Origin: Dehalococcoidia bacterium | Lineage (GTDB): Bacteria; Chloroflexota; Dehalococcoidia; Lucifugimonadales; QGNO01 | Reading direction: 5' to 3' | Assembly: GCA_034421495.1 (NCBI GenBank) | Contig: DAOUKI010000025.1 | Span: 1-35,077, forward strand | DNA: 35,077 nucleotides | Position numbers and translations under genes: made by a program | Notes under the pieces: generated by a model | Seen by the model: the letters and a program-made list of their open reading frames with translations, nothing else | What the model was told of the DNA's origin: nothing | Databases searched by the model: none | In this document: in pieces, positions 1 to 10,114 of the stretch | How positions within the stretch are numbered: position 1 is the first letter of the stretch | How the letters are laid out: the number at the start of each line of letters is the position of its first letter

Positions 1-704
1 GAGTACTCGCCTTCGGGGACAAGTTCCAGCATCTTGCGACGCACGAAGTTGCCCGTCTCTTCCTGGAAATCGCGGAATGCGGCCAGCATGGTCTCCCTGC
101 CAAAGCGATGGAACATCTCCTGGATGCGGCGCTCTGCCAGGCTGGCAGCGGACATCAGTGCTTGCGTGTCCCCTTCCAGGAGGTCCGGGTAACGGGAGTT
201 CCGTAGAATGATGCGGTAGGCCTCTTCGTTCAGCCTGCCCTGGTCAACGATTTTGATGGGCGGCACCAGCGTGCCGTCGTGGAATATCTCGGTATTGGCG
301 GGGCCGATGCTGCCGGGGCGGCTCCCTCCCAGGTCCCAGAAATGGGCCCAGGAGTAGCAGAACGCTGCCAGCTCTCCGTCCATGAAGACCGGGGTTATGA
401 AGACCATGTCCGGCGTGTGCGATATTGCCCCGTCCGAGATATAGGGATCGTTGTACCAGTAGAGGTCGCCCGGTTTCATGCTCTCCAGCGGGTAGTACTC
501 CCATACGCAGTCGATGAGATCGGAGCCCTGGTCCGTGCCGTAGACCGATTTGCCCCGGCTATCGCAAAAGCTGATCAGGTAGTCCTTCTTCTCCCGGATG
601 AAGGCCGACATGGACGTGCGTTCGATGAGGATCTCGCACTCTTGCCGAGCCGCCTTCAACGAGCCCCTGATAAGCTCACGAGTTATGGAATCAACCGTTT
701 TCAT
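1..704 (-). CDS. hyuB: Hydantoinase B/oxoprolinase family protein (HyuB-like); C-terminus runs off the window
   Basis: Absent from the ORF track because it is open at the window edge. The reverse complement from ATG 704..702 reads MKTVDSITRELIRGSLKAARQECEILIERTSMSAF..., a typical HyuB N-terminus. It starts 7 nt after the stop of the upstream HyuA-like gene (711). Confidence 0.8.
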   Translation of the reverse strand, partial: MKTVDSITRELIRGSLKAARQECEILIERTSMSAFIREKKDYLISFCDSRGKSVYGTDQGSDLIDCVWEYYPLESMKPGDLYWYNDPYISDGAISHTPDMVFITPVFMDGELAAFCYSWAHFWDLGGSRPGSIGPANTEIFHDGTLVPPIKIVDQGRLNEEAYRIILRNSRYPDLLEGDTQALMSAASLAERRIQEMFHRFGRETMLAAFRDFQEETGNFVRRKMLELVPEGEY

Positions 705-710
705 ACGCTA

Positions 711-2771
711 TCAACCCGGTGCAGCTTGGAGTATACAGTTGCCGTATTCATCTATCCTTCCCTGCCAGCCGGGGTTTATCACCACGGTGGAATCCACGCC
801 CTCCAGGATGGCAGGGCCTTGTACTACGGAGTCCGGTGAGAGCATCTCCCTTCTGAAGATATCGCAGAGCACCGGAGCGCCTTCCTCCTGGAAGAAGACC
901 GGCCTCTGCTCCTTGACCGCTTCTTTCACCGGAACTGGCTTGCCCGTGAGCCGGGGCATCGGCGCAGCCCCAAGCGCACCTAACGCGGACACCCGGAGCG
1001 TAACTACCTCCGCTGGCTGGTCCAAAGAGAACCCGAATAGCTGCTTGTGCCTGCGGTGAAATTCGTCCAGCAAACCTTCCATGGACTTTTCATCAACGGA
1101 GCCGCCCTTGAGGTCGGTGGCCACTTCAAATCCCTGGTGGGTGTAGCGCATGTCCGCGGAGCGCAGCAGGGAGCGGCCCTTTTGTGGCACGCCTTCCTGG
1201 CTCAGCCAGTAGAGGGCCTCCTCTTCTAGATCCCTGTACACCTTCTCCATTGCTTCCAGGTCATAGTCGGGCGGCTTTTGGATGAAGGTGCGGGCGTAGT
1301 CGTTCTTGAAGTCGGCCACCAGCAGTCCGTAGGCGGAAGAAACGCCTGGGTTCCTTGGCGCCACGACGTTGGGAATGCCCAGCAGCTGCGCCACACCGAT
1401 GGCGTGCATTGGACCGGCTCCACCGAACGCTACCAGGGTGAACTCCCTGGGGTCATAGCCCCGCTCCACGCTTACGTTGCGAATGGCGCCCATCATGGAG
1501 TTGTTCACTATCATGGTGATTCCGCTGGCCGCTTCTTCCAGGCCCAGGCCCAGCGGTGCGGCTATCATCTCCTCAAGGGCGTCTTTCGCCGCGTCGAGGT
1601 CCAGGGCCACCGCGCCGCCTGCAATGCTGGTGTTTATACGCCCAAGCGCCAGGTTGGCATCGGTCACTGTGGGCTCGGTGCCTCCCAGGCCGTAGCAAAC
1701 CGGCCCCGGATTGGCCCCGGCGCTGTGCGGGCCCAGCGATAGGTTCCCCGATTGTGTCAGCCAGGCGATGCTGCCCCCGCCCGCCCCTATGGTTGCTATA
1801 TCCACCATCGGCAGGTGCATTGGCCAGTCGCCCAGCTTCCCTTCCGTAGTCGACGTGACATTGCAGTCGGATATGAGGGACACGTCGGTACTGGTGCCCC
1901 CCATATCCAGGGAGATGACGTCTTTGAAGCCGGTCATCTGTCCAATGTGTCGTGCCGCCATCACCCCTGCAGCTGGGCCGGAAAGTGCCGTATACACCGG
2001 CTGGCGTACGGCCGTTTCTACCCCTATGACGCCGCCGCTCGACTTCATGATGAGCAATGGAGCGTCTATCCCCCGCTCCTTCAATCCGCCTTCCAGTTTA
2101 TTGACGTAGTAGCTGACCTGCGGCATGACGTAAGCGTTCAGAACCGTGGTCATCGTGCGTTCGTACTCTCTGAATACGGGAAGCACCTCTGAGGACAGGG
2201 ATACGTGGGCTTGGGGGTGGCCCGCCATGACCAGATCCCTTGCCCGGCGTTCGTTGGCGCTATCCGCATAAGAATGGACGAACGAAACGGCTATGGAGTC
2301 TATGCCGGCCTCGGCAAAGTGCCGCGCCGACCTCAGCACCGCCTCCTCGTCCAGGGGAACAACGGTCTCTCCCGTGAACTCTATGCGCTCCGCCACTTCG
2401 AATATGCGCTCAGGAGGTACCGGACGCTCCGGCTTGACCCAGACGTGATTGCTGACCAGGCGGGGCATCCCCTGCCTGCCTATCTCCAATACGTACTTGA
2501 ACCCCTCGGAAACAATTAGGCCAACGGTGGTGCCCTTGCCTTCCAGGATGGCATTGGTGGCTATAGTGGTACCGTGGAAGATACGGCGCAGGTTAGCGCC
2601 ATGAATCCCCGATTCGTCCAACACCTTGCGCAGACCGTCCATGAATCCCAGGGAAGGGTCGCTGGGCGTGGAGGGCGCCTTCACCAGATGGAAATCGCCC
2701 GTATCCAAGTTGGACAGCACAACGTCGGTGAATGTGCCGCCTACGTCTATGGCGAGCGCGTAGTTTGCCAA
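711..2771 (-). CDS. hyuA: Hydantoinase A/oxoprolinase family protein (HyuA-like)
   Basis: Track ORF 711..2897. It carries the N-terminal ASKHA motif AIDVGGTFTDVV and a second DMGGTSTDV motif. The long ORF starts at a GTG (2897) and adds about 42 non-family residues. TTG at 2771..2769 is preceded by GGGAGGTG and gives (M)ANYALAIDVGGTFTD, so it is preferred. The start remains uncertain. Confidence 0.85.
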   Translation of the reverse strand: MANYALAIDVGGTFTDVVLSNLDTGDFHLVKAPSTPSDPSLGFMDGLRKVLDESGIHGANLRRIFHGTTIATNAILEGKGTTVGLIVSEGFKYVLEIGRQGMPRLVSNHVWVKPERPVPPERIFEVAERIEFTGETVVPLDEEAVLRSARHFAEAGIDSIAVSFVHSYADSANERRARDLVMAGHPQAHVSLSSEVLPVFREYERTMTTVLNAYVMPQVSYYVNKLEGGLKERGIDAPLLIMKSSGGVIGVETAVRQPVYTALSGPAAGVMAARHIGQMTGFKDVISLDMGGTSTDVSLISDCNVTSTTEGKLGDWPMHLPMVDIATIGAGGGSIAWLTQSGNLSLGPHSAGANPGPVCYGLGGTEPTVTDANLALGRINTSIAGGAVALDLDAAKDALEEMIAAPLGLGLEEAASGITMIVNNSMMGAIRNVSVERGYDPREFTLVAFGGAGPMHAIGVAQLLGIPNVVAPRNPGVSSAYGLLVADFKNDYARTFIQKPPDYDLEAMEKVYRDLEEEALYWLSQEGVPQKGRSLLRSADMRYTHQGFEVATDLKGGSVDEKSMEGLLDEFHRRHKQLFGFSLDQPAEVVTLRVSALGALGAAPMPRLTGKPVPVKEAVKEQRPVFFQEEGAPVLCDIFRREMLSPDSVVQGPAILEGVDSTVVINPGWQGRIDEYGNCILQAAPG

Positions 2772-2975
2772 ACGGACGCACCTCCCGGAAACCTTTGCAC
2801 TTGATGTGGGCAGCCCCCGCAAAACCTCGTCCCCCTTGACGGGGTAAGATTGAAGCCTGCCCCGTACTCGATACGGGGATGGGGGTGAACCATGCACTTT
2901 GTACCTGATGGTAACCTATCAGTAAAGTGGCGACGTGATACGCTGAGTCCACTAATGTGCGACAATGTACCTCCA

Positions 2976-3797
2976 ATGGAAAAGAAATACCTTGCTCTGG
3001 ACATAGGTGGAGTCTCGACCAAGGCTGGTCTTGTCACCAGCGAAGGCGAGGTTTTGGGCAGCTATGCCGTGGACAGCCACCGCGGCGGCACGCGGGAGCA
3101 GGTGCTGCGGGACATAGCCGGAGCGTTGGCGCCGTTTCGGGGCGAAGACCTGGCCGGTATGGGCGTGGGTTTCCCCGCTTACGGCGACTTCAAGAACGGC
3201 GTGCTGCTCACCCTGAACACCCCGTTCCCCAGCCTGCACCGCTTTCCTCTGGGGTTCCTCCTTGAGAATGAGATAGGCGTACCGACGCGCATTACCACGG
3301 ACGCCAACCTGTTTGCCCTGGGAGTCATGCGATTCGGCGAGGGACAAACGTACAAGGACTTTGTTGCTGTGTCGCTTGGTTCGGGAACGGGCGTGGGCGT
3401 TGTGCAGAACGGCCGCCTTGTAGAGGGGATGCTCGGCCCGCATCCGGTGATCGTCGAGTTCTACAACGAATGGGGCGGCACCGAGTCGCACGACGGGTTA
3501 AGTTTCCCCGTCCTGTACGGAGCGGACGGCGAGACGCTTTACCGGAAAGTTGAAGACGGCGACGAGATAGCGCTCAGAGCCTTCGAGCGTATAGGTCAAT
3601 CTCTGGTGCCCACACTGAACTGGCTGCACGCCGGTCTCATGATGGACACGTTCATTCTGGGAGGCGGCGTGACCAACGGCTACGACTACTTCTATCCCGT
3701 GCTGGAATCAGAGCTGGACTCCGATGAGGTGAAGGTGTTCAAGACTGGGCTTGAAAACGCTTCGCTGCTCGGCGCGGTGCCATTGCTGGAGGAGTAG
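2976..3797 (+). CDS. ROK-like/ASKHA sugar-kinase-fold protein
   Basis: Track ORF 2892..3797. The internal ATG at 2976 gives MEKKYLALDIGGVSTKAGLV, a phosphate-1 motif of ROK/glucokinase-type ATPases; DANLFALG comes later. I could not see the ROK Cys-rich zinc motif, so subfamily and function are uncertain. It is divergent from hyuA. Confidence 0.55.
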   Translation: MEKKYLALDIGGVSTKAGLVTSEGEVLGSYAVDSHRGGTREQVLRDIAGALAPFRGEDLAGMGVGFPAYGDFKNGVLLTLNTPFPSLHRFPLGFLLENEIGVPTRITTDANLFALGVMRFGEGQTYKDFVAVSLGSGTGVGVVQNGRLVEGMLGPHPVIVEFYNEWGGTESHDGLSFPVLYGADGETLYRKVEDGDEIALRAFERIGQSLVPTLNWLHAGLMMDTFILGGGVTNGYDYFYPVLESELDSDEVKVFKTGLENASLLGAVPLLEE

Positions 3798-3993
3798 CTT
3801 AACGTCAAGAGGAACGTGTAGGTAGTACCCTTCCTATCCACCCGCCGTTGCGAGCGCAGCGAAGCAATCTGGCAGCGGGGGGCCTGCAGTCAAACACAAT
3901 CCTCACCCCCTGACACCCGCCCCTTCCTCACTATGATTCCCTTGTTATACAATTCGCAGTCCAATAATCAGATGAAAGCGTAGGTACTAGCTG

Positions 3994-4809
3994 ATGAAAA
4001 TAGAGTCATATACACAGGGCATGACCTGTTGGACAGACCTGGGTTCCACCGACCAGGAAGCCTCTAAGGCCTTCTACTCCGAGCTGTTTGGCTGGACATA
4101 CCAGGATTTCCCCATGGATGAGAGTGGTGAGCTAACCTACTCCATGGCCGTCAAGGACGGTTCATTCGTGGCCGGTATCTACACCCAGGCGCCGGAGCAG
4201 AAGGAGGCAGGCATTCCGCCCCATTGGGACGTGCATATCGCCGTGGACAACGTGGACGAGGTCGCTGGCAGAGTGGAAAGCAACGGCGGCTCGGTTCTGG
4301 TTCCTCCGTTTGATGTGTTCGACTTGGGAAGAACGTCCATCATCAGCGACCCCAGCGGCGGCGCGGTGTTTCTCTGGCAGGGTAAGGATCACAAGGGAGC
4401 CGGTGTGCAGAACGAACACGGCGCCATAGGCTGGACCGAGCTGCTGTCTACTGACCCGCAAGCCGCCATCCCGTTCTTCACCTCTCTGCTGGGAGTCGAG
4501 TCCGAAACCGCCGTCATGTCTGACGGCAACGAGTACACGGTATACTTGCGAGATGGAATTCCCCTAGCAGGCACCATGGCCTTCCCGGAAGCAATCCGCG
4601 GCATGGGCATACCCTCCCATTGGAGCGTCTACTTCCACGTGGACGACGTGGACGCCAGCTTTGCCAAGGCCACTTCTCTCGGCGCCGTGGCGCACCTGGC
4701 GTCGATGGACATAGCTGATGTGGGCCGGATAGCCTTTGTCGGAGAGCCGCAAGGCGTGGGCTTTGGTCTCATTACCCCCTCAGGCGATTGGAGCGCCGCC
4801 GGCGTATAA
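3994..4809 (+). CDS. Two-domain VOC (glyoxalase/bleomycin-resistance fold) family protein
   Basis: 271 aa with two tandem halves. Each starts with a W(T/C)(D/E)L..D...A..FY..L(F/L)GW-type motif (CWTDLGSTDQEASKAFYSELFGW; GWTELLSTDPQAAIPFFTSLLG). Confidence 0.8.
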   Translation: MKIESYTQGMTCWTDLGSTDQEASKAFYSELFGWTYQDFPMDESGELTYSMAVKDGSFVAGIYTQAPEQKEAGIPPHWDVHIAVDNVDEVAGRVESNGGSVLVPPFDVFDLGRTSIISDPSGGAVFLWQGKDHKGAGVQNEHGAIGWTELLSTDPQAAIPFFTSLLGVESETAVMSDGNEYTVYLRDGIPLAGTMAFPEAIRGMGIPSHWSVYFHVDDVDASFAKATSLGAVAHLASMDIADVGRIAFVGEPQGVGFGLITPSGDWSAAGV

Positions 4810-4821
4810 GGGACGCGGCGG

Positions 4822-7005
4822 CTACTGCACCGGCTGTGGCTCCGCGGCTACTTCCGCCCCGTGAACCAGTGGCAGGCTGATTATCATAGTGGTGTACTCT
4901 CCCGGCTCCGACTCTACTCGGATAGAGCCTCCGTGGCCGCGCACAATGTCGTTGCACATCGAAAGTCCCAGGCCGGTGCCCTTGTCGGTGGGCTTGGTGG
5001 TAAAGAACGGGTTGAATATCTTGTCAACGGCATCCGGAGGGATGCCGGTGCCGTTGTCCCTGATGTGTATCTCCGCCGTCTCCTCGCCTCGCTTAGTCGA
5101 CAGACGCAGGGTGGGGAAATACGGCTTGCCGTCGTCGGACTTCTCACCTGACTCCTCAATGCCCATGCGTTTCTCATGGGTGGCATAACAGGCATTGCTA
5201 ACCATGTTGAGGAACACCCTGCCCATGTCCTGGGAAATCACTTCCAACTCTCCCATATCGGGATCCAGTTCCTGCTCTATGGTTAGGTTGAAGTCGGGAT
5301 TGGTGGCGCGAGCGCTGTGGTAAGCCAGCCGGGCGTGCTCTTCCAGCAGGTTGTTGATATCCGTGGCCTGCCGGTCTCCTGAACCGCGGCCCATCCTGAG
5401 CATGTCTTGCACAATACGGTTGGCCCGTTCGCCGTGATGGGAGATGCGCCCCAGATTCTCCGAGATATCCTTGGAGATATCCTCTATCAGTTCCTTCTGC
5501 TCATCCGGTAGGCTTACCTCTTTCTCCTCCAATATCTCTTTCAGCTCATCTATGAGCTCTATAGACAACTCTGAGAAGTTCTTCACGAAGTTCAGCGGGT
5601 TCCGTATCTCGTGGGCCACTCCCGCCGTCAGCTCACCCAGGGCGGCCAGCTTTTCCCTCATCACAATCTGGTCCTGGGCTTTCTGTAGTTCACCTAAGAC
5701 CGATTCCAACTGCTCGTTCTTTCCCTGAAGTTCCTCTGCCAGCTTCTCTACCAGGTTTAGACGCTGTACCTCCAGGGCGTGGCGTCGGAATACCTCTAGA
5801 GCGGCGGCCATCTCCGCCACCTCGTCTTGTCCTCCTATCTCTACCTGCGCCTCCAGGTCCCCGCCGGCCATGCGCCGCATCCAGTCCGACAGCGCCTTGA
5901 GCCGCCGCAGCAGCCACCGGCCCACAAAGAACCACGCTATGAGGACACCGCCACCGATGCTGACGCCGGTAATTCCCAGTAGAATCGAGCGTCCGGTCAA
6001 AATCGCCTGGGAAGAGGCGGCGATTGCCTCATCGGCGCTGAGCTGAGCCGTACTCACCAGATCATTGATGCCGCCCACAAGATCTACGGCTATTGCGTCG
6101 TTACTGTCAAGCAACTCCTCCTGGCGCCCCGTGAGCCTCAGCTCCTGCTCGATTATGTCAAAGCCGCTTTCCTCCCCTGTTCCCATGGCAAAGAGCTCAT
6201 CGAATATCGGGGACACCTCTCCATATAGGGGCGAGTCCTCTATTGAGGCCAGGTTTCCCGTCATGCGGCTGACCGCGGCCTCGAACCGTTCCCGGAGCGG
6301 CTCCACCTGCGAGGCATCGCTCAGCGTGAAGGAGTTGGCCAGCAGTTCGGTGGCAATGTTGGCATTGCCCTGCAGTTCCGATAGGTTACGGTACCGTGTA
6401 AGCTCCAACTCCGATAAATACTCGGAACGAGGCGCCGGCGGCTCCCCCAGCACCCGGTATCCGGTTGCTATGTAGAAGAACTGGTCGTCTATGGCGGGCC
6501 CTACCACGTCGTCCATCCGGCTCCGCAGGGTAGCCAGCTCCTCGCCCAACGTCTGTCGCCTATCACGCAATCTGAAGAGCTGCGAACGTTCCGCTCGTAT
6601 GGTATTGATGTTCATGGAGAGACTGTCGGCTTGGGAGCGCACCCTTTGGAAGCTGGCCTCCTCCCTGTATGGGCCCTCAAGTATGTCCAATTGATCCTCA
6701 AACAGGACAAAGGCCTCAAGGATGCCGTCGGACACCCGTGCGAACTCGGCGGGAGTGGAGGCGGTGGTCAGCTGCGGAGCCGCTGACACAAGGGCGCTGC
6801 TGTACTGGGCCGCGCCAAAGGCCGCCGACACCTCTGGCAGAGTCCCTTCGTTGACCCTGTTCTGGGCGGTTCCCACCTGATTGAAGAAGAACCAGCTTAC
6901 TAAGCTGGCGGCTACGGTCAGTATAACGGCTCCCCAGATGGCAGCATAAAGCTGCGTGGAAAGTCGAAAGCGTAGAGCCAAAAGCTGTTGAAGCAAACCT
7001 GTCAC
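4822..7005 (-). CDS. Sensor histidine kinase (2 TM helices, extracytoplasmic domain, HAMP, HisKA, HATPase_c)
   Basis: H-box AHEIRNPLNF, N-box NMVSNACYAT, G1 DNGTGIP, G2 GTGLGLS. N-terminal TM segment AAIWGAVILTVAASLVSWFF, second TM segment LLGITGVSIGGGVLIAWFFVG, followed by a HAMP-like segment. The start overlaps the upstream gene's stop (7002..7005). Confidence 0.9.
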   Translation of the reverse strand: MTGLLQQLLALRFRLSTQLYAAIWGAVILTVAASLVSWFFFNQVGTAQNRVNEGTLPEVSAAFGAAQYSSALVSAAPQLTTASTPAEFARVSDGILEAFVLFEDQLDILEGPYREEASFQRVRSQADSLSMNINTIRAERSQLFRLRDRRQTLGEELATLRSRMDDVVGPAIDDQFFYIATGYRVLGEPPAPRSEYLSELELTRYRNLSELQGNANIATELLANSFTLSDASQVEPLRERFEAAVSRMTGNLASIEDSPLYGEVSPIFDELFAMGTGEESGFDIIEQELRLTGRQEELLDSNDAIAVDLVGGINDLVSTAQLSADEAIAASSQAILTGRSILLGITGVSIGGGVLIAWFFVGRWLLRRLKALSDWMRRMAGGDLEAQVEIGGQDEVAEMAAALEVFRRHALEVQRLNLVEKLAEELQGKNEQLESVLGELQKAQDQIVMREKLAALGELTAGVAHEIRNPLNFVKNFSELSIELIDELKEILEEKEVSLPDEQKELIEDISKDISENLGRISHHGERANRIVQDMLRMGRGSGDRQATDINNLLEEHARLAYHSARATNPDFNLTIEQELDPDMGELEVISQDMGRVFLNMVSNACYATHEKRMGIEESGEKSDDGKPYFPTLRLSTKRGEETAEIHIRDNGTGIPPDAVDKIFNPFFTTKPTDKGTGLGLSMCNDIVRGHGGSIRVESEPGEYTTMIISLPLVHGAEVAAEPQPVQ

Positions 7006-8276
7006 GGCGTGGCTCTCTCCAGTCTGTCAATGGAGTGGTACTCTCCGTCGCTGCCGATGACCGTCAGAAACACCTTGTCCGACCCTTGGTTGTCCGTCTC
7101 GCCGTATTCCAGGATAAAGCCATCCAGGTCAATGGGACCGGAGCCGCGTATGTTATCCAGGAAGCACTTGCGGTTCACTTCTTGGCCGCAGGACTCTACG
7201 CCGGCTATTGCCAAACGTCCGGCCATATACCCTTCCAGAGAGACGAAGCCGGGCTCCGCCGTTGGGTCGTAGTCTCGCAGGGCTTGATGATAGGACGCGA
7301 CGATTGGTGTGGAGTCGTCCTGGGGAAACGGCACCACCTGGGTGACGTATACGCCGGTGCCCGTGGTTCCCAGTTCCTGGGCCAGGGCGTTGCTTCCCAC
7401 AAAGGAGATGTTTACGAACACCGGGTCGAACTCCAACTGGCGCGCCCATGAGATAAGGGCCGACACCGGCCTATAGGCGCCTATGATTATCACCGCCTCA
7501 GGGGAGCCGTTCATCAGGTCCAGCAGTCCCGTCTTGACCGCCGTTGTGTTTCGGGGATACCTGCCCACAGATACGGGTTTCATGCCTCTACGTTCCAGAG
7601 CGGTCCATGCTCCACGGTAGCCGGCCTGTCCGTATGAGTCGTCCTGGTACATCACGGCTATGCGAGTGATGCCCAAGTCCTCCGTTAGACGCGCCACCAT
7701 CTCTTCCGTTTCCTGGTTGTAGGAGGATCGCAGGTTGATGATGTTCTCCCACTCAGGGTCTCTTAGAAAGGCGGCGCCGGTGAAGGGGGTCAGGTACGGG
7801 ACCTCTGCCTCCGCCGCCACCGGCGTGGCTGAGCGGGACGTCGGTGTACCCACCGCGCCGATGAGGGCAAAAACCTGCTCCTCCTCTATCAGGCGGGTCG
7901 TGTTGGCTATGGCTGCTTCCGGTTCGTAGGCGTCGTCGAACGATACAAGCTCCAACCGCCTGCCGTGGACGCCGCCAGCGTTGTTGGCCTCGTGGAAGGC
8001 TGCCTCTATCCCCAGCCGCATGTTTGTGCCCAGCGCTTGAGCAGGACCGCTGAATGCCGCAGACTGGCCGAAGAGCACCCTCTGATCGGAGACCCCTTGC
8101 GCCACGTCTGGCGCTTCTCGGGTTACTACAGGCGTGTTGTCTTCGGGCACGACTACGGTAGGGGTGTTTTCATCTCCTTGGCAAGATATGCTCAAGGAAG
8201 CAACTATCAGGAGGGCTGCGGCGCCCAGCGCCGTCAGCGGTAAGGGGAGCCCCATGACACCTCGTCTGGACATCAC
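7002..8276 (-). CDS. Type-1 periplasmic binding-fold protein (Leu/Ile/Val-binding-like substrate-binding protein), probable lipoprotein
   Basis: 424 aa. Signal peptide plus a lipobox-like SLSISC. FGQSAAFSGPAQALG...G(I)EAAF...NAGGVHGR.LELV..DD is typical of LivJ/amide-receptor family proteins. A 4-nt overlap on each side ties it to the kinase operon. Confidence 0.8.
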   Translation of the reverse strand: MMSRRGVMGLPLPLTALGAAALLIVASLSISCQGDENTPTVVVPEDNTPVVTREAPDVAQGVSDQRVLFGQSAAFSGPAQALGTNMRLGIEAAFHEANNAGGVHGRRLELVSFDDAYEPEAAIANTTRLIEEEQVFALIGAVGTPTSRSATPVAAEAEVPYLTPFTGAAFLRDPEWENIINLRSSYNQETEEMVARLTEDLGITRIAVMYQDDSYGQAGYRGAWTALERRGMKPVSVGRYPRNTTAVKTGLLDLMNGSPEAVIIIGAYRPVSALISWARQLEFDPVFVNISFVGSNALAQELGTTGTGVYVTQVVPFPQDDSTPIVASYHQALRDYDPTAEPGFVSLEGYMAGRLAIAGVESCGQEVNRKCFLDNIRGSGPIDLDGFILEYGETDNQGSDKVFLTVIGSDGEYHSIDRLERATP

Positions 8277-8692
8277 TCATCCCTGTGCTTGACCAACGTC
8301 AAGTGGTTTCTGTCCCCCTCCCGCCGGTAATATAGCTCGTCCATCAGCGTGCGAACCAGGTGAACTCCAAGGCCCCCTATGGAACGGTCTTCCAGTTCCT
8401 GAGTCACGTCGGGAACTGGCCCTTCCGTCAGGGGATTGAAGGGCTTGCCCGCGTCTGAGATGTTAATGGTGAGAGCGTCCTTCTTGGAGGTCAGGCAAAC
8501 TATAATCTCCTGGTCGTCGGATGTCTCCCCGTAATTCATGATATTTATGCCCAGCTCTTCCAGCACAAGGTTCACCTGGAAGATTAGGCTGGGAGGCCAC
8601 TCCTCCTGCTCGCCCAGGGACTCCACTGCTTCGTAGAGACGCTTCAATTCCTCCACTCTGGGGGCTAGGTTCAGAGATATCGTCGCGCTCAA
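8273..8692 (-). CDS. RsbW/SpoIIAB-like anti-sigma regulatory factor (HATPase_c_2 Ser/Thr kinase fold)
   Basis: 139 aa. The pattern LVLEEL..NIMNYG...I.V.L......L.I.ISD.G..F.P...GGLGVHLVRTLMDEL.Y.R.GD.N.L.L.K matches partner-switching kinases. Confidence 0.75.
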   Translation of the reverse strand: MSATISLNLAPRVEELKRLYEAVESLGEQEEWPPSLIFQVNLVLEELGINIMNYGETSDDQEIIVCLTSKKDALTINISDAGKPFNPLTEGPVPDVTQELEDRSIGGLGVHLVRTLMDELYYRREGDRNHLTLVKHRDE

Positions 8693-9931
8693 TCAGATAC
8701 CCTCGTTTCGGTGAAGGATCAGGCAGGTGATATCGTCCGACTGGGAGGCGTCTCCCGCGAACTCTCTGACCGCGCCGAAAACGTCTTGGGCCACATCCTT
8801 GGGGTCCATGGGCGGGCCGTTCTCAAATATCCCTGTCAACCGCTTCATGCCGAACTGCTCGCCATCAATGTTCATAGCCTCCGTAACGCCGTCGGTGTAG
8901 AGAACCAGCGTATCGTTGGGGGAAAGAGTCACGGAGTTCTGCTCGTACTCAAGGCCCGGCACCACACCCAGGGCTATGCCGCCCGTGGCCGGAATGGAGA
9001 CGGAAGATCCGTCGGGGCTGACGAGGAGCGGACTGTCGTGCCCTCCGTTGGCGTAGGTCAGCGTTCCGGTGGACGGATCGTAAACGGCGTAGAGCAACGT
9101 CACAAACATGCCCGCCTCATTGCGCTCCTGCAATAGGTCGTTGACGATGCCAAGCGCCTGGCCCGGATCGCCGGTGCCAATGGCGGCTCCCTTCAGCAGG
9201 GTGCGGCAGGACATCATGAAGAGGGCGGCGGGCACACCCTTGTCGGAAACGTCTGCTATGGCCAGGCCAATGCGGCCGTCCTCTAGGCGTATGATGTCAA
9301 AGAAGTCTCCGCCCACGTCCCGCGCCGGGTCCATGTGGCCATAGATTCCCATACGTGCAGTGGAGGGAAATTCCGTGGGCAGGATGGATTGCTGCATCTG
9401 GTTAGCCACGTCAAGCTCGTTTTGAAGCGCCACCAACCTGTCCCGCGCGTTTACGGCGTCCCGCCACTCGGCAAGGTGGCGCAGAGTCCGGTCTATGGTC
9501 ACACGCAGGTCGTCAAAGTCCAGCGGCTTGGTGATAAAGTCGAAGGCGCCCCGGTTCATGGCCGTCCGGATGTTCTTCATGTCCCCATAGGCGGAGATGA
9601 TTACCGCCCGCAGGTTGGGGTCCACCGATGGCATCTGCTCCAGCAGAGTGAGCCCGTCCATCTTAGGCATGTTGATATCGGACAGCACCATATCTATGGT
9701 GTCGTCCTCGCCCAAGATCTCCAGGGCCTCCACTCCGTTATGGGCAAAGACGAACTCGTACTGGCCCGAACGTATGCTGCGGCGCATGCGCTGTAGGATG
9801 AGCGTTTCCAGGTCTGGCTCGTCGTCCACCACCAGGATCTTGTACAGTCTATCCAATGGCTCTATGACAATGCCTTCTTTCTGTTCCGTGCTAACTTCCA
9901 TTGGGACTTGTCCATCTCCCCGGCTGGACAA
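8693..9931 (-). CDS. Response-regulator receiver fused to a PP2C/SpoIIE-type phosphatase (RsbU-like)
   Basis: REC motifs ILVVDDEPD and SDINMPKMDGL...KP. The C-terminal SpoIIE domain has GGDFFD, ADVSDKG and YTDGVTEA. An alternative start is the ATG at MEVSTEQ. Confidence 0.9.
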   Translation of the reverse strand: MSSRGDGQVPMEVSTEQKEGIVIEPLDRLYKILVVDDEPDLETLILQRMRRSIRSGQYEFVFAHNGVEALEILGEDDTIDMVLSDINMPKMDGLTLLEQMPSVDPNLRAVIISAYGDMKNIRTAMNRGAFDFITKPLDFDDLRVTIDRTLRHLAEWRDAVNARDRLVALQNELDVANQMQQSILPTEFPSTARMGIYGHMDPARDVGGDFFDIIRLEDGRIGLAIADVSDKGVPAALFMMSCRTLLKGAAIGTGDPGQALGIVNDLLQERNEAGMFVTLLYAVYDPSTGTLTYANGGHDSPLLVSPDGSSVSIPATGGIALGVVPGLEYEQNSVTLSPNDTLVLYTDGVTEAMNIDGEQFGMKRLTGIFENGPPMDPKDVAQDVFGAVREFAGDASQSDDITCLILHRNEGI

Positions 9932-10114
9932 GCTCCTACAACGGGTGCTCTTTGCCAGCCTACAATGAGTATCGTTAGAACTTTACGGAAGGGATTTTAG
10001 CAGAGAAGGCATGGCTGATTCAATATGCATGCCTGACTCGCCTGCAGTGTGGGCATACTCTTGCGCCGCTTGCGTTGCCTGCAGTGAGCTTCTCACAACC
10101 TATGACACTACCCC

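Noticed and set aside
244-1059. ORFs 244..504(-), 279..839(+) and 598..1059(+).
   Set aside because: They overlap the HyuB-like and HyuA-like coding frames, which have clear family motifs. These alternatives have Arg/Pro/Gly-rich junk-like translations.
3798-3993. Intergenic segment containing GTTGCGAGCGCAGCGAAGCAATC, considered as a possible dispersed repeat or riboswitch.
   Set aside because: There is only one copy in the window. The only loosely similar string is at 11041-11060. I could not identify conserved structure by eye.
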